DNA of 64,000 nucleotides from Octopus vulgaris (lineage: Eukaryota). Below are positions 1 to 17,279 of this stretch, piece by piece. The notes under the pieces were generated by a model. That model saw nothing but the letters and a program-made list of their open reading frames with translations. It was not told the DNA's origin and searched no databases. The DNA is taken from positions 102,424,001 to 102,488,000 of the forward strand of contig OX597822.1 of assembly GCA_951406725.2 (NCBI GenBank), read 5' to 3'. The first letter of the stretch is position 1. Each line of letters begins with the position of its first letter. The position numbers were made by a program, and so were the translations under genes.

Positions 1-777
1 CCTTCCTTCAGGTGAAACTCTCGCAGCGTCCAACAACATCAGAGACCTGGGAGTAATTGTGGACAACAACATAAGCTGGGCCACTCATATAAACACCAAA
101 TGTGTTCCTGGATTCTCAGAACTTTCCAGTCGAGAGATATCCACACCATTATCCTTCTCTTCTCCACTTTTGCCCGACCCCACCTTGAATACTGTTGTCC
201 ACTGTGGTCTCCCCACACAATACAAGGTATCATAAAAGTTGAAGCACCTCAAAGGGCAATCACAAAAAAGATAGATGGCATGACAGGCCTCGACTATTGG
301 GGTCGACTAGAAAAGCTAAAACTCTATTCTCTCCAACGTTGTCGTGAGCGCTACATCATCTGCATGATGTGGAAAATATTCCATCAGCATTGCCCAAATG
401 ATGTTGGCATCACCTTTAAGGTACATCCAAGGCTTGGGCCCCGTGCCATCCGCCCAAAACAAAAATCGCACTCTCATCTCATAACAACAATACGGCACAA
501 TTATTTCACCTCAATTGGCCCCGCTCTCTTTAACATTACACCAAAACACAGTAAAACAGAAACTGACCCTATAGGGTTCAAGAAGTTTTTGGACAGATTC
601 CTTCAAGAAATCCCGGATAAACCCCCTACACCCGGATATGTCTCTGTAAACAATAACTCTCTACTTGAGTGGGCCATAGTGCCCAAATTCTGACTTGAAA
701 GACTTCACCAGGTGGTGCTATTAAGTTAGACATGGCCTGGGCCAATAATGGCCGAAACCTATCAAAGTATCAAAGTA
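1..777 (+). mobile_element. 3' fragment of CR1/L2-group LINE (family A, subfamily A1), running off the window edge
   Basis: ORF 100-693 encodes the LINE ORF2 C-terminus ([24 protein letters not shown]). It has a 19-bp deletion near position 100 relative to the copy at 12577-13631. The short 3' UTR ends in (TATCAAAG)2 followed by (TA)n. Confidence 0.93.
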
Positions 778-1379
<602 letters not shown>

Positions 1380-1459
1380 TCCCGGGTTGAGTCGGGGTTA
1401 ACCACAGTCAATAAGGTACTCAATACATAGCAGAGTAAATTAATTTATTTTATAGAAGG

Positions 1460-1510
1460 AGCTTCTACAGGACTAGAACTGTTTCATTCAAAAGAAATCA
1501 TCAGGAAGCT
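1460..1510 (-). ncRNA. Type I hammerhead ribozyme motif, canonical core
   Basis: Minus strand reads AGCUUC-CUGAUGA-UUUC UUUU GAAU-GAAA-CAG UUCUAGUC CUG-UA-GAAGCU: 6-bp stem I, short stem II, stem III, and a GUA cleavage triplet. Confidence 0.75.
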
Positions 1511-1744
1511 AGTAGACAAGAGTTGTTTTGGCATTTATACATTTAGGCAGGTTTAAATGGGTGGTGGTGGGGGACTTTTTGGGGGGGTAGGCATGGCGCA
1601 AAACTGTCATTATAAGGGGAGTGGTCAAAGGAATCGTTGGTAAAGTAGATAATAGAATAAATAAAAGAATAAAAAATAAAATAAAAAGATAAAAAAATAT
1701 AAATAGAAAAATAGGGTTTTAGGTAAGTAGGGAGACTCTGACTT

Positions 1745-2841
1745 GTACATCTACATATATATATATACACATATATACACCCGCATATTCACATATATCT
1801 ATACATATACATACATACCCACATATACATACATATATATATACATACATACACATACATATACATATATATATACATACATATACATACATACATACAC
1901 ATACCCATGTATGTACACACAGTTACACATATACATACATATATGTATACCCACTCGCACAAATATATACAAATGCATATACATGCACACACATACACAC
2001 ACATTTTTATTCTCTTATTTTAATTTTATTATTACTGCTTTTTGTTTATATCTTTATTTTTATTTTTATCTTGACCGGTCAATCGGTCTCAAGGGATGAT
2101 ATAAAGATTCCGTTTATCTGTCTACGAAGAAGAACGCAGGCACTCACCCACTCCCACACACTCACACGTACACACACGTACGTGTTATATTCATACACGC
2201 ATACATCTACATACATTCACGTATATTCACATACACGCATACACATACATACCTCAACACACTCACAGAAGACTAGTCCATACATATACACTAATTAATA
2301 TATATATACACATATACATATACACATACATACACATACATACATATACATACACATATACATATATATATATACATATATACTCATATACATATACATA
2401 CACATATACACTCATACATATATACACACACACATACATATACATATACATATACATATATATATATATATATATAAAACGGGATACATGCATACTCAAC
2501 TAATAATAATAATAATAATAATAATAATGATAATAATAATAATAAAAATAATAAATATATATACGTGCAGTTACCCATTATACAAACGGATACATACATA
2601 TAAACATACCCATATATACCTATTTACACATATGTATATATACATACATACATACACACATAACTCTACATACCTACATATACATAAACACACAAGCGTA
2701 CATATATATATACATATATATATATGTATATATATGTATATATATATGTACGCTTGTGTATATATGTGTATATACATATACATACACATACACACACATA
2801 TATATACACATCCATATACACATACACACATACACACACAT

Positions 2842-2897
<56 letters not shown>

Positions 2898-3690
2898 TTA
2901 CACACACATCTACACATATATATATACACATACACATACACACACATATACATATACATACATATATATATATACATATATATATCTTCTCTCTTCGCTC
3001 TTATACGCCATTTGGTCTCAACTCTCCCCCCCTCCTCATCTAACCCCCTCTCCCCCTCCTCACCTATCCGTCCCCCCCGACCCCTACTTCTTCAGTCCTT
3101 CATCCTTTCACCCCTACTCCCCTTCCCTTCTTCCCCCTCCCTCCTTCCCTCTTCCTCTTCCCTCTGCTCCTTCACTCCCCTTCTCTCTCCCCCTCTTTCC
3201 TCCTTCCTTCCCCTCCTCCTCCCCTTCCTTCTCCCCCTCCTCTTCTTCCCCTCCCCTCTTCTCCCCCCCTCTTCTCCTCACTACTCCTCTCTTCTCCCCC
3301 TCCCCCTCTTCTCCTCACTACACCACACGACTTTACACATCACATCATATATGATGTGCCATACTTATACATACACCAACTAATACATACTAATACGTAC
3401 TAATACATACTAATACATACTAATACATACACCAACCCTATACATACACACGTCCAGACCCCTCATACGCACTTATACTCTCTCATACACACACACTTAT
3501 ACATACTAATACGTACTAATACATACTAATACATACTAATACATACACCAACCCCATACATACGCCTGTCCAGACCTATCCTACGCACTAATACTCTCTC
3601 ATACACACACACACACACACCCTTATACATACTAATACATACACCAACCCTATACATACACACGTCCAGACCCCTCCTACGCACTAATAG
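1745..3690. repeat. Low-complexity tract: CA/TA-rich microsatellite, C/T polypyrimidine tract (about 2985-3320) and TACTAATACA-type short tandem repeats
   Basis: Direct reading. Part of 2470-2720 recurs at about 4200-4420. Confidence 0.85.
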
Positions 3691-3856
3691 GTGGTCATTC
3701 AACCCTGTTATCAACCCTATTATCTCCCCTTATTTCGCTCTCGCGTCTCATGTTTGATCTTTGACTTCTGGCCGAAATCAGATCGCCATGTTGATTCGTT
3801 AGTTACTGCAGGCATTTTTTTCTCTCCTTCTTTCTGTGTTTTTTTCTCTTTGTGTA

Positions 3857-3894
3857 TCTTTCTGTTGAAGAGCGTAGGCTCGAAACGTTAAAGA
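3857..3894 (+). ncRNA. Minimal hammerhead-like motif, core mutated (A6U)
   Basis: UCUUU-CUGUUGA-A-GAGC GUAG GCUC-GAAA-CG-UU-AAAGA. Same family as 60116-60150. Confidence 0.55.
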
Positions 3895-3992
3895 CTTGTT
3901 TTTTTTATATTTCCTGAGCGCCATACTAATACAATTGTTTGTTTGTTTTCCACCTGCCTTCGTCTTTTGTCTATTTTCATAAAGCTTCCCGT

Positions 3993-4029
<37 letters not shown>

Positions 4030-4421
4030 GTATATATACACACATATATATATATATACACATACATACATACACATACACACAAGCACATACATGCATA
4101 AATGTATACATATGTCTATACAAATGCATACACATACACACACTCACGCGCCTCCTTATATACATAAATACATACATGCATACAAACGCATACTCATGTA
4201 ATAAATAATGAATAATAAATAATAGATATATATACACATGCAATTACCCTATGTACAGACGGAAACATACATATAAGCATACACGTATATACCTATCTGC
4301 ACATATGCATATATACATACATACATGTACATACACATAACTCTACATACTTACATATACTTAAACACACGAGCGTACACATATATATACATATATATAT
4401 ATATACACATATACATATATT

Positions 4422-4454
4422 AGCTGAAACTGGAAAAATCAAAATCAATCAATC
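4422..4454 (+). mobile_element. Extreme 3'-end remnant of a family-B-like LINE
   Basis: AGCTGAAACTGGAAAAATCAAAATCAATCAATC resembles the family B terminus GGCTGGAACTGGAATCAATCAATC and is followed by (TA)n. Confidence 0.5.
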
Positions 4455-5517
<1,063 letters not shown>

Positions 5518-6647
5518 GGCCTTACCGAAACAGAGAGCATAGGTGCTTCGTGTCTGAACGAAATTGCTAAACGAACAGTTCACCATTTGCAAACTCGATC
5601 TGAACAGCAGATCCAAAATAAATTAAAACAAATCGAAGTTGCTTTTAAATTAATAAATAAACACTTCGATAAACTGAGATGTGTTTTCTCTTCCAACGCA
5701 TCACCGGCGCAACAACAACAACAACAACCTCAACAACAACAACAACAACAGTTACAGCAACAACAACAACTTCAGCAGCAACAACCTCAGAGGCAACAAC
5801 AACAACCTCAACAACAACAACAGGATGAACCACTCCTTGATTCATCTACAATGGCCGATTTGCTAAATGAAACGATTGACCCCCCAGTCATCAGGGTCAC
5901 ACAGCAGGAAGCACCACCCCTTCCTTTCACTGCCCCAGCAGCTCAATCATCATCATTGTCAACACCATCTCCTCTGCTTACTACTACTAGTACTACTCCC
6001 ACTATATATCAACAAACATCTTTGTCTTGGAATCGACCTCCTCAATCATTACCACCGTCAACATCTCTTCTACCTACTACTACTACTACTTCTACTACAG
6101 CTACTACTACTAATGCTATCTCAAGGAATTTACCTCCTACAGGTCACAAAGGTCGCCAAAACTTCAAACTATCATCTACACCTTTCACAGCTCACACACA
6201 CACACGCACCTACACACCCACTCGAAACCCCATCATTTGCCGATATTCTCTTCGCCATAGACTGTGCACTGATAGAGACTGCAAATTCACCCATTTACCT
6301 GGAACAAAACGCTCTATCCCCACAAACTACAACAGCAACCACCATAATACAACATCACCACAACCACCAATATCTCAAACAAGGAATCCCCAAATCTGCC
6401 GCTATTCCCAGCGAGACAGATTGTGTTTGCACAGGGATTGCCCCTTTACCCATCTCCCGGGGACTCGTCGGACATTTAAAGATAACCACTCACATAAAAA
6501 TAGCCGCGGCCACAGTCACCTGCGGTTCCCTAGACAGGAAACCACCTCTTCTTCCTCTTTTTTAGCTATAATGAATCTAGCAAAAGAACTGGAAAAAAAC
6601 ATCCGAGCTATCACCCACCACCATCCACCACTATTACCCCACTACAC

Positions 6648-9557
6648 ATGCCATTAAAAAGCAATCAAATAAACAAATCACCAAAACAATTAAAACCATC
6701 CACTCTCGCCTCAACATTTCTGCTTAATGCCCAAGGCATCAGCCCTTCCACCAATACACAAAAATGGAAGATAAGATTCCTGGAGGACTGGGTCGAGGCC
6801 CATCCAAACCACATCCCTTTCTTCGTCCTCACTGAAACCCATCTTAGTGACCTCCACTTGGAAGCCGAGGTGAAAGTTAAAAATTTCAAAACCATTCGTG
6901 CTGATCGTGTTGGCAGAAGAAAGGGTGGGACTGCCATTTATGTCCATGATTCATTCTCAACAGAAGCCATGAACATATTTTCGAATGGATACTGCGAAGC
7001 AGTCGCTGTATTCAGTCAAACCAACAACTTAACAGTAGTTGGGCTCTACAGACCACCACAAACGCCCCTACCATGCTTCAAGGAATGCCTCAACAGCATA
7101 AAGTGTTTCATTCAGCAGTGTCAACCTGACAACATTTTAATGATGGGAGATTTCAACCTTCCCGGGGTTGACTGGTCTACAAACAGTCTGCCGCCAGGTT
7201 CTTCTCTCTCAACCCCTGACAGGGAGGCAGTGGAATCGCTTCTTGACTTCATGGATGACTTCTTCTTGTCCCAACTGGTACTCGAACCAACGAGATGTCA
7301 CAAAAACGTCTTAGACTTAATTTTCAGCAATCACACTGATACTATCCACAATATTGCAGTGGAGAAAACCCTACTCTCCGACCATGACATGGTTCTCTGT
7401 GATCTGAGATTTCATTGGTCCTTCACGCACACATACACACCCACTAACATCAAAAAGTCCTGGCAGTCACTTGTAGACACCATCACGAACATATGTGCAA
7501 GACACACCCCATTAAGATCTGCAAACAAATCTAAGTGTCGAATCCCTAGAAATAGAAAATCTCTCATAAGGAAAATTAAAAGAATCAACAAAAAGATCAA
7601 CATGCTGAAATACTGTCAACAGCAACACACCAACCTGACTGCCATCTCGTCGCTAGAGATTAAAAAACATAAACTCCAAAACAACATGATGTCTATCATC
7701 AATAGTCAGCGAAGAGCTGAAGAGGCCTGGGCCATTGAGAAGATCAAACTCAATCCCAAAGTGTTCTTTTCATTTGCAAAAAAACACAGAGTCACTGGTT
7801 CTACTGTTGGCCCTCTGATTGATGAAAATGGTATTCTTCAAGACAATGCCAAAACCATGGGAGAAATATTGCAGAAACAATATTGCTCTGTTTTCAGCAA
7901 TCCTGATATGACTGATCTGGGCTGTATCAGTGATGTTACTCCCCAATACACTTTATCGGACATAACATTTGGCGCTCCTGATGTCTTAGCAGCAATAAAG
8001 GAAATGAAGCATAATTCAGCAGTAGGTCCCGATAGGTTCCCTGCTTGTGTCTTGAAGATGTGTCAAAACCAACTTGCACCCCCTCTAGCCAATCTGTGGC
8101 GGAACTCATTGGATGCTGGATATATACCAGAAGACCTTCTATCCCAGTCTGTTGTCCCAGTTTTCAAAAAAGGAAACAAATCGCTTGCCGTGAATTACCG
8201 TCCAATCTCACTCACCTCTCATATCATCAAGGTATTTGAGAGGGTGCTGAGATCGCGTATGACTCACTTCCTTGAGAGTCATAATATGCTGAACCCCAAC
8301 CAGCATGGATTCCGTAATGGGAGAGATTGCCTGACGCAGCTACTGCATCATTTTGATGACATTTTGAGAGCCTTGGGAGAGGGTTCCAACACTGATGTCA
8401 TCTACCTTGATTTCAGCAAGGCCTTTGACAGGGTTGATCATAAGATCCTTCTGAGAAAGCTGTCCAATATTGGTGTCACTGGAAAGCTGCTGCAATGGAT
8501 CAAGTGCTTCCTCTCTAACAGAACCCAACATGTTGTAGTCGAAGGAGTCAAATCCAGCCCAGCCAAAGTCAGCAGTGGTGTCCCACAAGGCACTGTGTTG
8601 GGCCCACTTCTCTTCATCATCTACATAAATGATATTACTGACACCATCAAACACAGCAACATCAGAACCTTCGCTGATGATTCCAAGCTCCAGAAGGTCA
8701 TCAATGGCGTGGATGACCGAATAAACCTTCAGTCAGACCTACTAGCTGTTGTCCAATGGGCGGAAAAGAATAACATGTTGCTAAATGAAGACAAATTCGA
8801 ACTGATCCACTTTGGAAGGGAGGACGCTCTGAAACTCCCATACTCTCTTCCTTCTGGAGAAATTCTCATGGCATCCAACAACATCAGAGACCTGGGAGTA
8901 ACAGTGGACAACAACATAAGCTGGGCTACACATATAAGCAGCAAAGTTGACATGGCCCGCAGAATGTGTTCCTGGATTCTCAGAACCTTCCAGTCGAGAG
9001 ATTCCCACGCTATTATCCTTCTCTTCTCCACTTTTGCCCGACCCCACCTTGAATACTGCTGTCCACTGTGGTCTCCCTACACAAAACAAAATATTATGAG
9101 AATTGAAGCTCCCCAAAGGTCAATCACAAAAAAGATAGATGGCATGTCAGACCTTGACTACTGGGGTAGACTAGAGAAGCTGAAATTGTATTCACTCCAA
9201 CGACGCCGTGAACGCTACATTATCTGTATGATGTGGAAAATATTCCATCAGCACTGTCCGAATGATGTTGGCATCACCTTCAAAATGCATCCAAGGCTTG
9301 GACCACGTGCCATCCGTCCACAACAAAAATCTAAATCGCATCACATAACGACAATACGGCACAACTATTTCACCTCAATTGGACCCGCTCTCTTCAACAT
9401 TACACCAGGACACGTCAAAAAAGAAACTGACCACACAAAATTCAAGAAGTCTTTGGACAAATTCCTTCAAACAGTACCGGACAAACCATCCACACCCGGA
9501 TATGTCTCCGCAAACAATAACTCTCTGCTCGAATGGGCCTTGGTGCCCAAATCCTGA
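6648..9557 (+). CDS. LINE ORF2: apurinic-like endonuclease plus reverse transcriptase
   Basis: APE motifs LNAQGI, LTETHL, LYRPP, MGDFN, LDL and SDH. RT motifs [31 protein letters not shown] and FADD. Confidence 0.96.
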   Translation: MPLKSNQINKSPKQLKPSTLASTFLLNAQGISPSTNTQKWKIRFLEDWVEAHPNHIPFFVLTETHLSDLHLEAEVKVKNFKTIRADRVGRRKGGTAIYVHDSFSTEAMNIFSNGYCEAVAVFSQTNNLTVVGLYRPPQTPLPCFKECLNSIKCFIQQCQPDNILMMGDFNLPGVDWSTNSLPPGSSLSTPDREAVESLLDFMDDFFLSQLVLEPTRCHKNVLDLIFSNHTDTIHNIAVEKTLLSDHDMVLCDLRFHWSFTHTYTPTNIKKSWQSLVDTITNICARHTPLRSANKSKCRIPRNRKSLIRKIKRINKKINMLKYCQQQHTNLTAISSLEIKKHKLQNNMMSIINSQRRAEEAWAIEKIKLNPKVFFSFAKKHRVTGSTVGPLIDENGILQDNAKTMGEILQKQYCSVFSNPDMTDLGCISDVTPQYTLSDITFGAPDVLAAIKEMKHNSAVGPDRFPACVLKMCQNQLAPPLANLWRNSLDAGYIPEDLLSQSVVPVFKKGNKSLAVNYRPISLTSHIIKVFERVLRSRMTHFLESHNMLNPNQHGFRNGRDCLTQLLHHFDDILRALGEGSNTDVIYLDFSKAFDRVDHKILLRKLSNIGVTGKLLQWIKCFLSNRTQHVVVEGVKSSPAKVSSGVPQGTVLGPLLFIIYINDITDTIKHSNIRTFADDSKLQKVINGVDDRINLQSDLLAVVQWAEKNNMLLNEDKFELIHFGREDALKLPYSLPSGEILMASNNIRDLGVTVDNNISWATHISSKVDMARRMCSWILRTFQSRDSHAIILLFSTFARPHLEYCCPLWSPYTKQNIMRIEAPQRSITKKIDGMSDLDYWGRLEKLKLYSLQRRRERYIICMMWKIFHQHCPNDVGITFKMHPRLGPRAIRPQQKSKSHHITTIRHNYFTSIGPALFNITPGHVKKETDHTKFKKSLDKFLQTVPDKPSTPGYVSANNNSLLEWALVPKS

Positions 9558-9641
9558 ACTGAAAGACTTCGCCAGGTGGTGCTATTAAGTTAGACATGGC
9601 CTGGGCCAATACTGGCCAAAAACCTTTCTAAGTTATTCTAA

Positions 9642-9846
<205 letters not shown>

Positions 9847-12488
9847 AGTGTACTTCTCATGGGAGACTTCAATCTACCGAATGTCAGATGGCCCGAGGGC
9901 CTTTCTCTCCCAGGAATGACAAGATGTGAACGTGGACAGGCGAGGTCCCTCCTGAACCTCACCAACACCCTGTACATGGAGCAAGTAATACTGCAACCAA
10001 CCAGAGCAGGTAACACACTGGATCTCTGCTTCACAAATAATATGGATCTCATCCATAATGTGAAAGTGACACCGACACTACTCTCGGATCACAACATGGT
10101 AGAGCTGACCATGTACGGGCCAAAAGAGAGCACGGACATGCAGCCTACAAGAAACCCTCAGAATCTTTCCAGCTTGAACTTCAATAAGGCAAACTGGAAA
10201 CAAATTGAGAAAGAGATCCTCAAACAAAACTGGCCTGAATGTCTCTCCTCGCCGGACATCGACATGATACTTCAACAATTCATGTCTGTAATGCAAGCCA
10301 TATGCTACAAATGTGTCCCAGAGAGAAAGGCCACTGTACACAAGAACAAAATCCCCAGAGAGAGGAAAATTTTAATGAGACGGCGTACAAAAATTTCAAA
10401 TCGCCTAAACAAACAAATTGAAAGTAGTGAAAAGTCCCGCCTGAAAATAAAACTGTTGGAAATTGAAAATTGTCTGCAACTTTCCCATGAGAAGGAAAGA
10501 GCAGACAAAGAAGCCTGGGCTATAGACAACATAAAAACTAACCCCAGAGCTTTCTACAGGTATGCCAAAGAAACGGCTACAGTGCACTGTAGGATAGGGC
10601 CACTCCTTGAAAAGGATGGCACACTCACAGGAAAACCAATGAGGGTAAGTGAAATACTGAATGAACAATTCAAGAGTGTTTTCACTCCACCCCTTGGGCA
10701 TTTCCAAATCAGCAATCCAACTGACTTCTTTACCACTGCAGATATAGAATCAGAGGCGGCGACGATAAGTTACATCGAGATAAAGGAAGACGATGTAATA
10801 AAGGCTATAGATGAAATGAAAATAGACTCAGCTACTGGCCCCGATGGATTCCCGGCAATCCTCCTAAAAGTATGTAAGAGAGTCTTAGCAAGACCACTGC
10901 AGTCCCTCTTTCAGAGCTTCCTTGCAGCTGGCAAACTTCCAAGGGGACTGAAGGAAGGTAAAATATGCCCTATTCATAAAGGAGGTAGCAGAGCGGAGGC
11001 AAAGAACTACAGACCTATCTCTCTGACCTCACACATCAGCAAGGTCATGGAACGAATAGTCAGAAGGAAACTAATCACCTTCCTTGAAGAAAATGACTTG
11101 CTGCCTGACACCCAACATGGTTTCCGACCAGGAAGAAGCTGCTTAACTCAGCTCCTGCAGCACTATGACTGGGTGCTGAAACAACTGCTCAACCACTCAA
11201 ATGTGGAAGTCATATATCTCGACTTCGCAAAGGCCTTCGATAAAGTCGATCACGGAATGATATGTCACAGGTTGCGTGATCTTGGCATAGTTGGAAAACT
11301 AGGAGAATGGCTTCACGACTTTCTGAAGAATAGAAGTCAGGTGGTAGTAGCCAATGGGGCCACTTCCATTAACACGCAAATAATGAGTGGTGTTCCACAG
11401 GGCACTGTTTTGGGACCACTACTGTTCATAATGGCCCTCTCAGACATGCCCTCAGCCACGCAGAGATCCACGATCACAAGTTATGCAGATGATACAAAAG
11501 TTTCACAGGCAATACAGAACCCTGAGGACACTAAAAACCTGCAATGTGAGCTGGACGAAATATACAAGTGGGCTGAAAAGAATAGCATGCAGTTCAATGC
11601 TGGAAAGTTTCAAGCTTTATACTATCAGCATGCAAAACTGAATGCAATACCCAATGAATACACTGGACCCGGAGGGATTGCAATCCCAGAGGCACAATCA
11701 GTGCGTGACCTGGGTATTCACATGAGTGATGACGCGACCTTTCATGTACATGTTGCTAAACTGACAGTGAAATGTAGACGGCTGGCTGGCTGGATTCTTA
11801 GAACCTTTAGAACAAGAGAACAAGAAACCATGATGGTCCTCTGGAAGACACTTGTCCTAAGCCACTTTGACTATTGCTCTCAGCTATGGTCACCATCCAG
11901 TGTCAAGTTGATCACAGAACTTGAGGCGATCCAACGAAGCTACACAAAGAAGATAGCCTCTATGCAGAATGTAAGCTACTGGGAAAGACTCAAGAGATTA
12001 AAATTATACTCCCTGGAGCGTAGGCGGGAAAGATATGCCATAATATACATCTGGAAGATCCTGGAGGGAAGTGTCCTGAACTTTGGCATCGAGAGTTACA
12101 CAAATGCCAGAACTGGGCGCCACTGCGTGGTGCCTAGGACTCCAAACCTGCCATCAAGATGTAGGACAAGATTCTGTGATAGCCTGGGCTTCCGAGGCCC
12201 ACAGCTCTTCAATATCCTCCCGAAGAACCTGAGAGACCTGCATGGGGTGGATACAGATGTCTTTAAAATGAAGCTGGATCTCTTCCTGTCTGGTGTCCCA
12301 GATGAACCAACTTCACGGCAGGAGGGGCAGATGAGGGCAGCTGCATCGAACTCTCTCATGCACCAAATAGCAGTTGCTAGAAAGCCCCCATGAAGTAAAA
12401 CCAAGTAGCAACACCAAATGGCGGTGCCCCAGCATGGCCACAGCTCACAGGCTGGAACTGGAATCAATCAATCAATCAATCAATCAAT
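9847..12488 (+). mobile_element. 5'-truncated CR1/L2-group LINE (family B) with an open ORF2 remnant at 9859-12393
   Basis: Starts inside the APE domain ([16 protein letters not shown]) and has a full RT ([17 protein letters not shown]). The 3' UTR ends in (AATC)n, then a TA/TG repeat. Confidence 0.95.
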
Positions 12489-12531
12489 ATGTATACATAT
12501 ATATATATGTGTATATATATGTGTGTATATA

Positions 12532-12564
<33 letters not shown>

Positions 12565-12576
12565 GTGTATATATAT

Positions 12577-13631
12577 ACTTTGATACTTTGATAGGTTTCG
12601 GCCATTATTGGCCCAGGCCATGTCTAACTTAATAGCACCACCTGGTGAAGTCTTTCAAGTCAGAATTTGGGCACTATGGCCCACTCAAGTAGAGAGTTAT
12701 TGTTTACAGAGACATATCCGGGTGTAGGGGGTTTATCCGGGATTTCTTGAAGGAATCTGTCCAAAGACTTCTTGAACCCTATAGGGTCAGTTTCTGTTTT
12801 AATGTGTTTTGGTGTAATGTTAAAGAGAGCGGGGCCAATTGAGGTGAAATAATTGTGCCGTATTGTTGTTATGAGATGAGAGTGCGATTTTTGTTTTGGG
12901 CGGATGGCACGGGGCCCAAGCCTTGGATGTACCTTAAAGGTGATGCCAACATCATTTGGGCAATGCTGATGGAATATTTTCCACATCATGCAGATGATGT
13001 AGCGCTCACGACGACGTTGGAGAGAATAGAGTTTTAGCTTTTCTAGTCGACCCCAATAGTCGAGGCCTGTCATGCCATCTATCTTTTTTGTGATTGCCCT
13101 TTGAGGTGCTTCGACTTTTTTGATACCTTGTATTGTGTGGGGAGACCACAGTGGACAACAGTATTCAAGGTGGGGTCGGGCAAAAGTGGAGAAGAGAAGG
13201 ATAATGGTGTGGATATCTCTCGACTGGAAAGTTCTGAGAATCCAGGAACACATTCTGCGGGCCATGTCAACTTTGGTGTTTATATGAGTGGCCCAGCTTA
13301 CGTTGTTGTCCACAATTACTCCCAAGTCTCTGATGTTGTTGGACGCCGCGAGAGTTTCACCTGAAGGAAGGGAGTATGGGAGTTTCAGGGCATCCTCTTT
13401 TCCAAAGTGGATTAGCTCAAATTTATCCTCGTTCAGCAGCATATTGTTTTTTTCTGCCCATTGGATAACAGCCAGTAGATCTGACTGAAGGCATGTCCGG
13501 TCACTCGCCTCATTTATGACCTTCTGTATCTTGGAGTCATCTGCAAAGATTTTTATGTTGCTGTGCTTGATGATGTCATTAATGTCATTAATGTAAATGA
13601 TGAAAAGAAGTGGGCCCAGCACAGTGCCTTG
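12577..13631 (-). mobile_element. 5'-truncated LINE family A1 copy
   Basis: ORF 12660-13637 (-) runs [10 protein letters not shown]...FADD...NNNSLLEW. Near-identical to 1-777 with the same tail, and bounded by TA repeats. Confidence 0.95.
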
Positions 13632-13647
13632 CCACAAATTACAGTGC

Positions 13648-15062
<1,415 letters not shown>

Positions 15063-15067
15063 CACTG

Positions 15068-15434
15068 GAATACACTGGACCCGGAGGGATTGCAATCCCA
15101 GAGGCACAATCAGTGCGTGACCTGGGTATTCACATGAGTGATGACGCGACCTTTCATGTACATGTTGCTAAACTGACAATGAAAAGCAGACGGCTGGCTG
15201 GCTGGATTCTTAGAACCTTTAGAACAAGAAACTATGATGGTCCTCTGGAAGACACTTGTCCTAAGCCACTTTGACTATTGCTCTCAGCTATGGTCACCAT
15301 CCAGTGTCAAGTTGATCACAGAACTTGAGGCGATCCAACGAAGCTACATGAAGAAGATAGCCTCTGTGCAGCATACGAGCTACTGGGAGAGACTCAAGAG
15401 ATTAAAGCTCTATTCCCTGGAGCGTAGGCGAGAA

Positions 15435-15440
<6 letters not shown>
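15068..15440 (+). mobile_element. Internal fragment of LINE family B, truncated at both ends
   Basis: Matches about 11656-12037 with an 8-bp deletion. Ends at GAAAGATAT, fused to (TA)n. Confidence 0.92.
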
Positions 15441-16277
<837 letters not shown>

Positions 16278-16449
16278 TATTAGTAATTTGTGGTAAATCA
16301 TTTTACCTTTGCCCATATAATACAGTAAATGAATTGATTGCATCGCAATCATTAACATTTATGCATTAACTTTGTTGGGTACTTCACTAGCAGTATATTG
16401 GATATATGTTATCCCATGGAGGGTTGCATTTACAACCCCTATCTCAATT

Positions 16450-16498
<49 letters not shown>

Positions 16499-17279
16499 TA
16501 TTTATTAAAAAAGTTACAATTACGTAATTCTAGTCAGTTGGAAAAATCTTTTGCCGACATGCCGGAAGTTGCAGCTGCTTGTTACTATGGATACAGCCTT
16601 AACATTGTGATGGAATGTGTGTGTGTGTGTGCGTGTGTGTGAGTTTATGTGCATGTCTGTGAGTGTGGATTTGTATGTGTATGTTTCCGTCCATATTTTG
16701 AGTTTTTGCGCACGTTGTACGTGTCTGTGTGTGCGTGCGCGTGTATATGTGCTTACTCGTTTTGCTTTACTTTTCATCCGTCCTCACTACCCATATAACG
16801 AGGATTCGGTAACTACATGGTGAGACAGGGGCACAGGTGCGATGACCGATGTACCTGTTGGGCGCTGATCTATTATTGGTTTTTGTGTTGGACTTGTATG
16901 ACCGGATTCTTTTCAAATCTTCTACGCTGATGTGGTTTTGCTTGCTGATGAAGAAAATCACCTTCATTTCTCTCTAGAACTTAATCATAAAAGAATCAGC
17001 AGCACTGACGCTGTTGATTACAGCAATTGTTTGTGCGAAGTATGCGCGGAGGATCAACTCCGCAACCTATTACAGAACGATGGTACAATTTCAATTGTCG
17101 CAACTTCCAGTATGTTGGCAATGGACACACCTGATTGGTAAAATTGCATCATTTTTAGAGACTTGTAATTTTTTTTATTACTAATTTCTATATAATAAAA
17201 AAATGAATGTGTTTTTTTTTTTGTCGTTAGTCTGCAAAACTACATGAGTGTAGAAAATTTTAAAACATTCTGGTAGTTA

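Noticed and set aside
2985-3320. Pro/Ser-rich ORFs in the polypyrimidine tract
   Set aside because: This is low-complexity C/T sequence with no coding signature.
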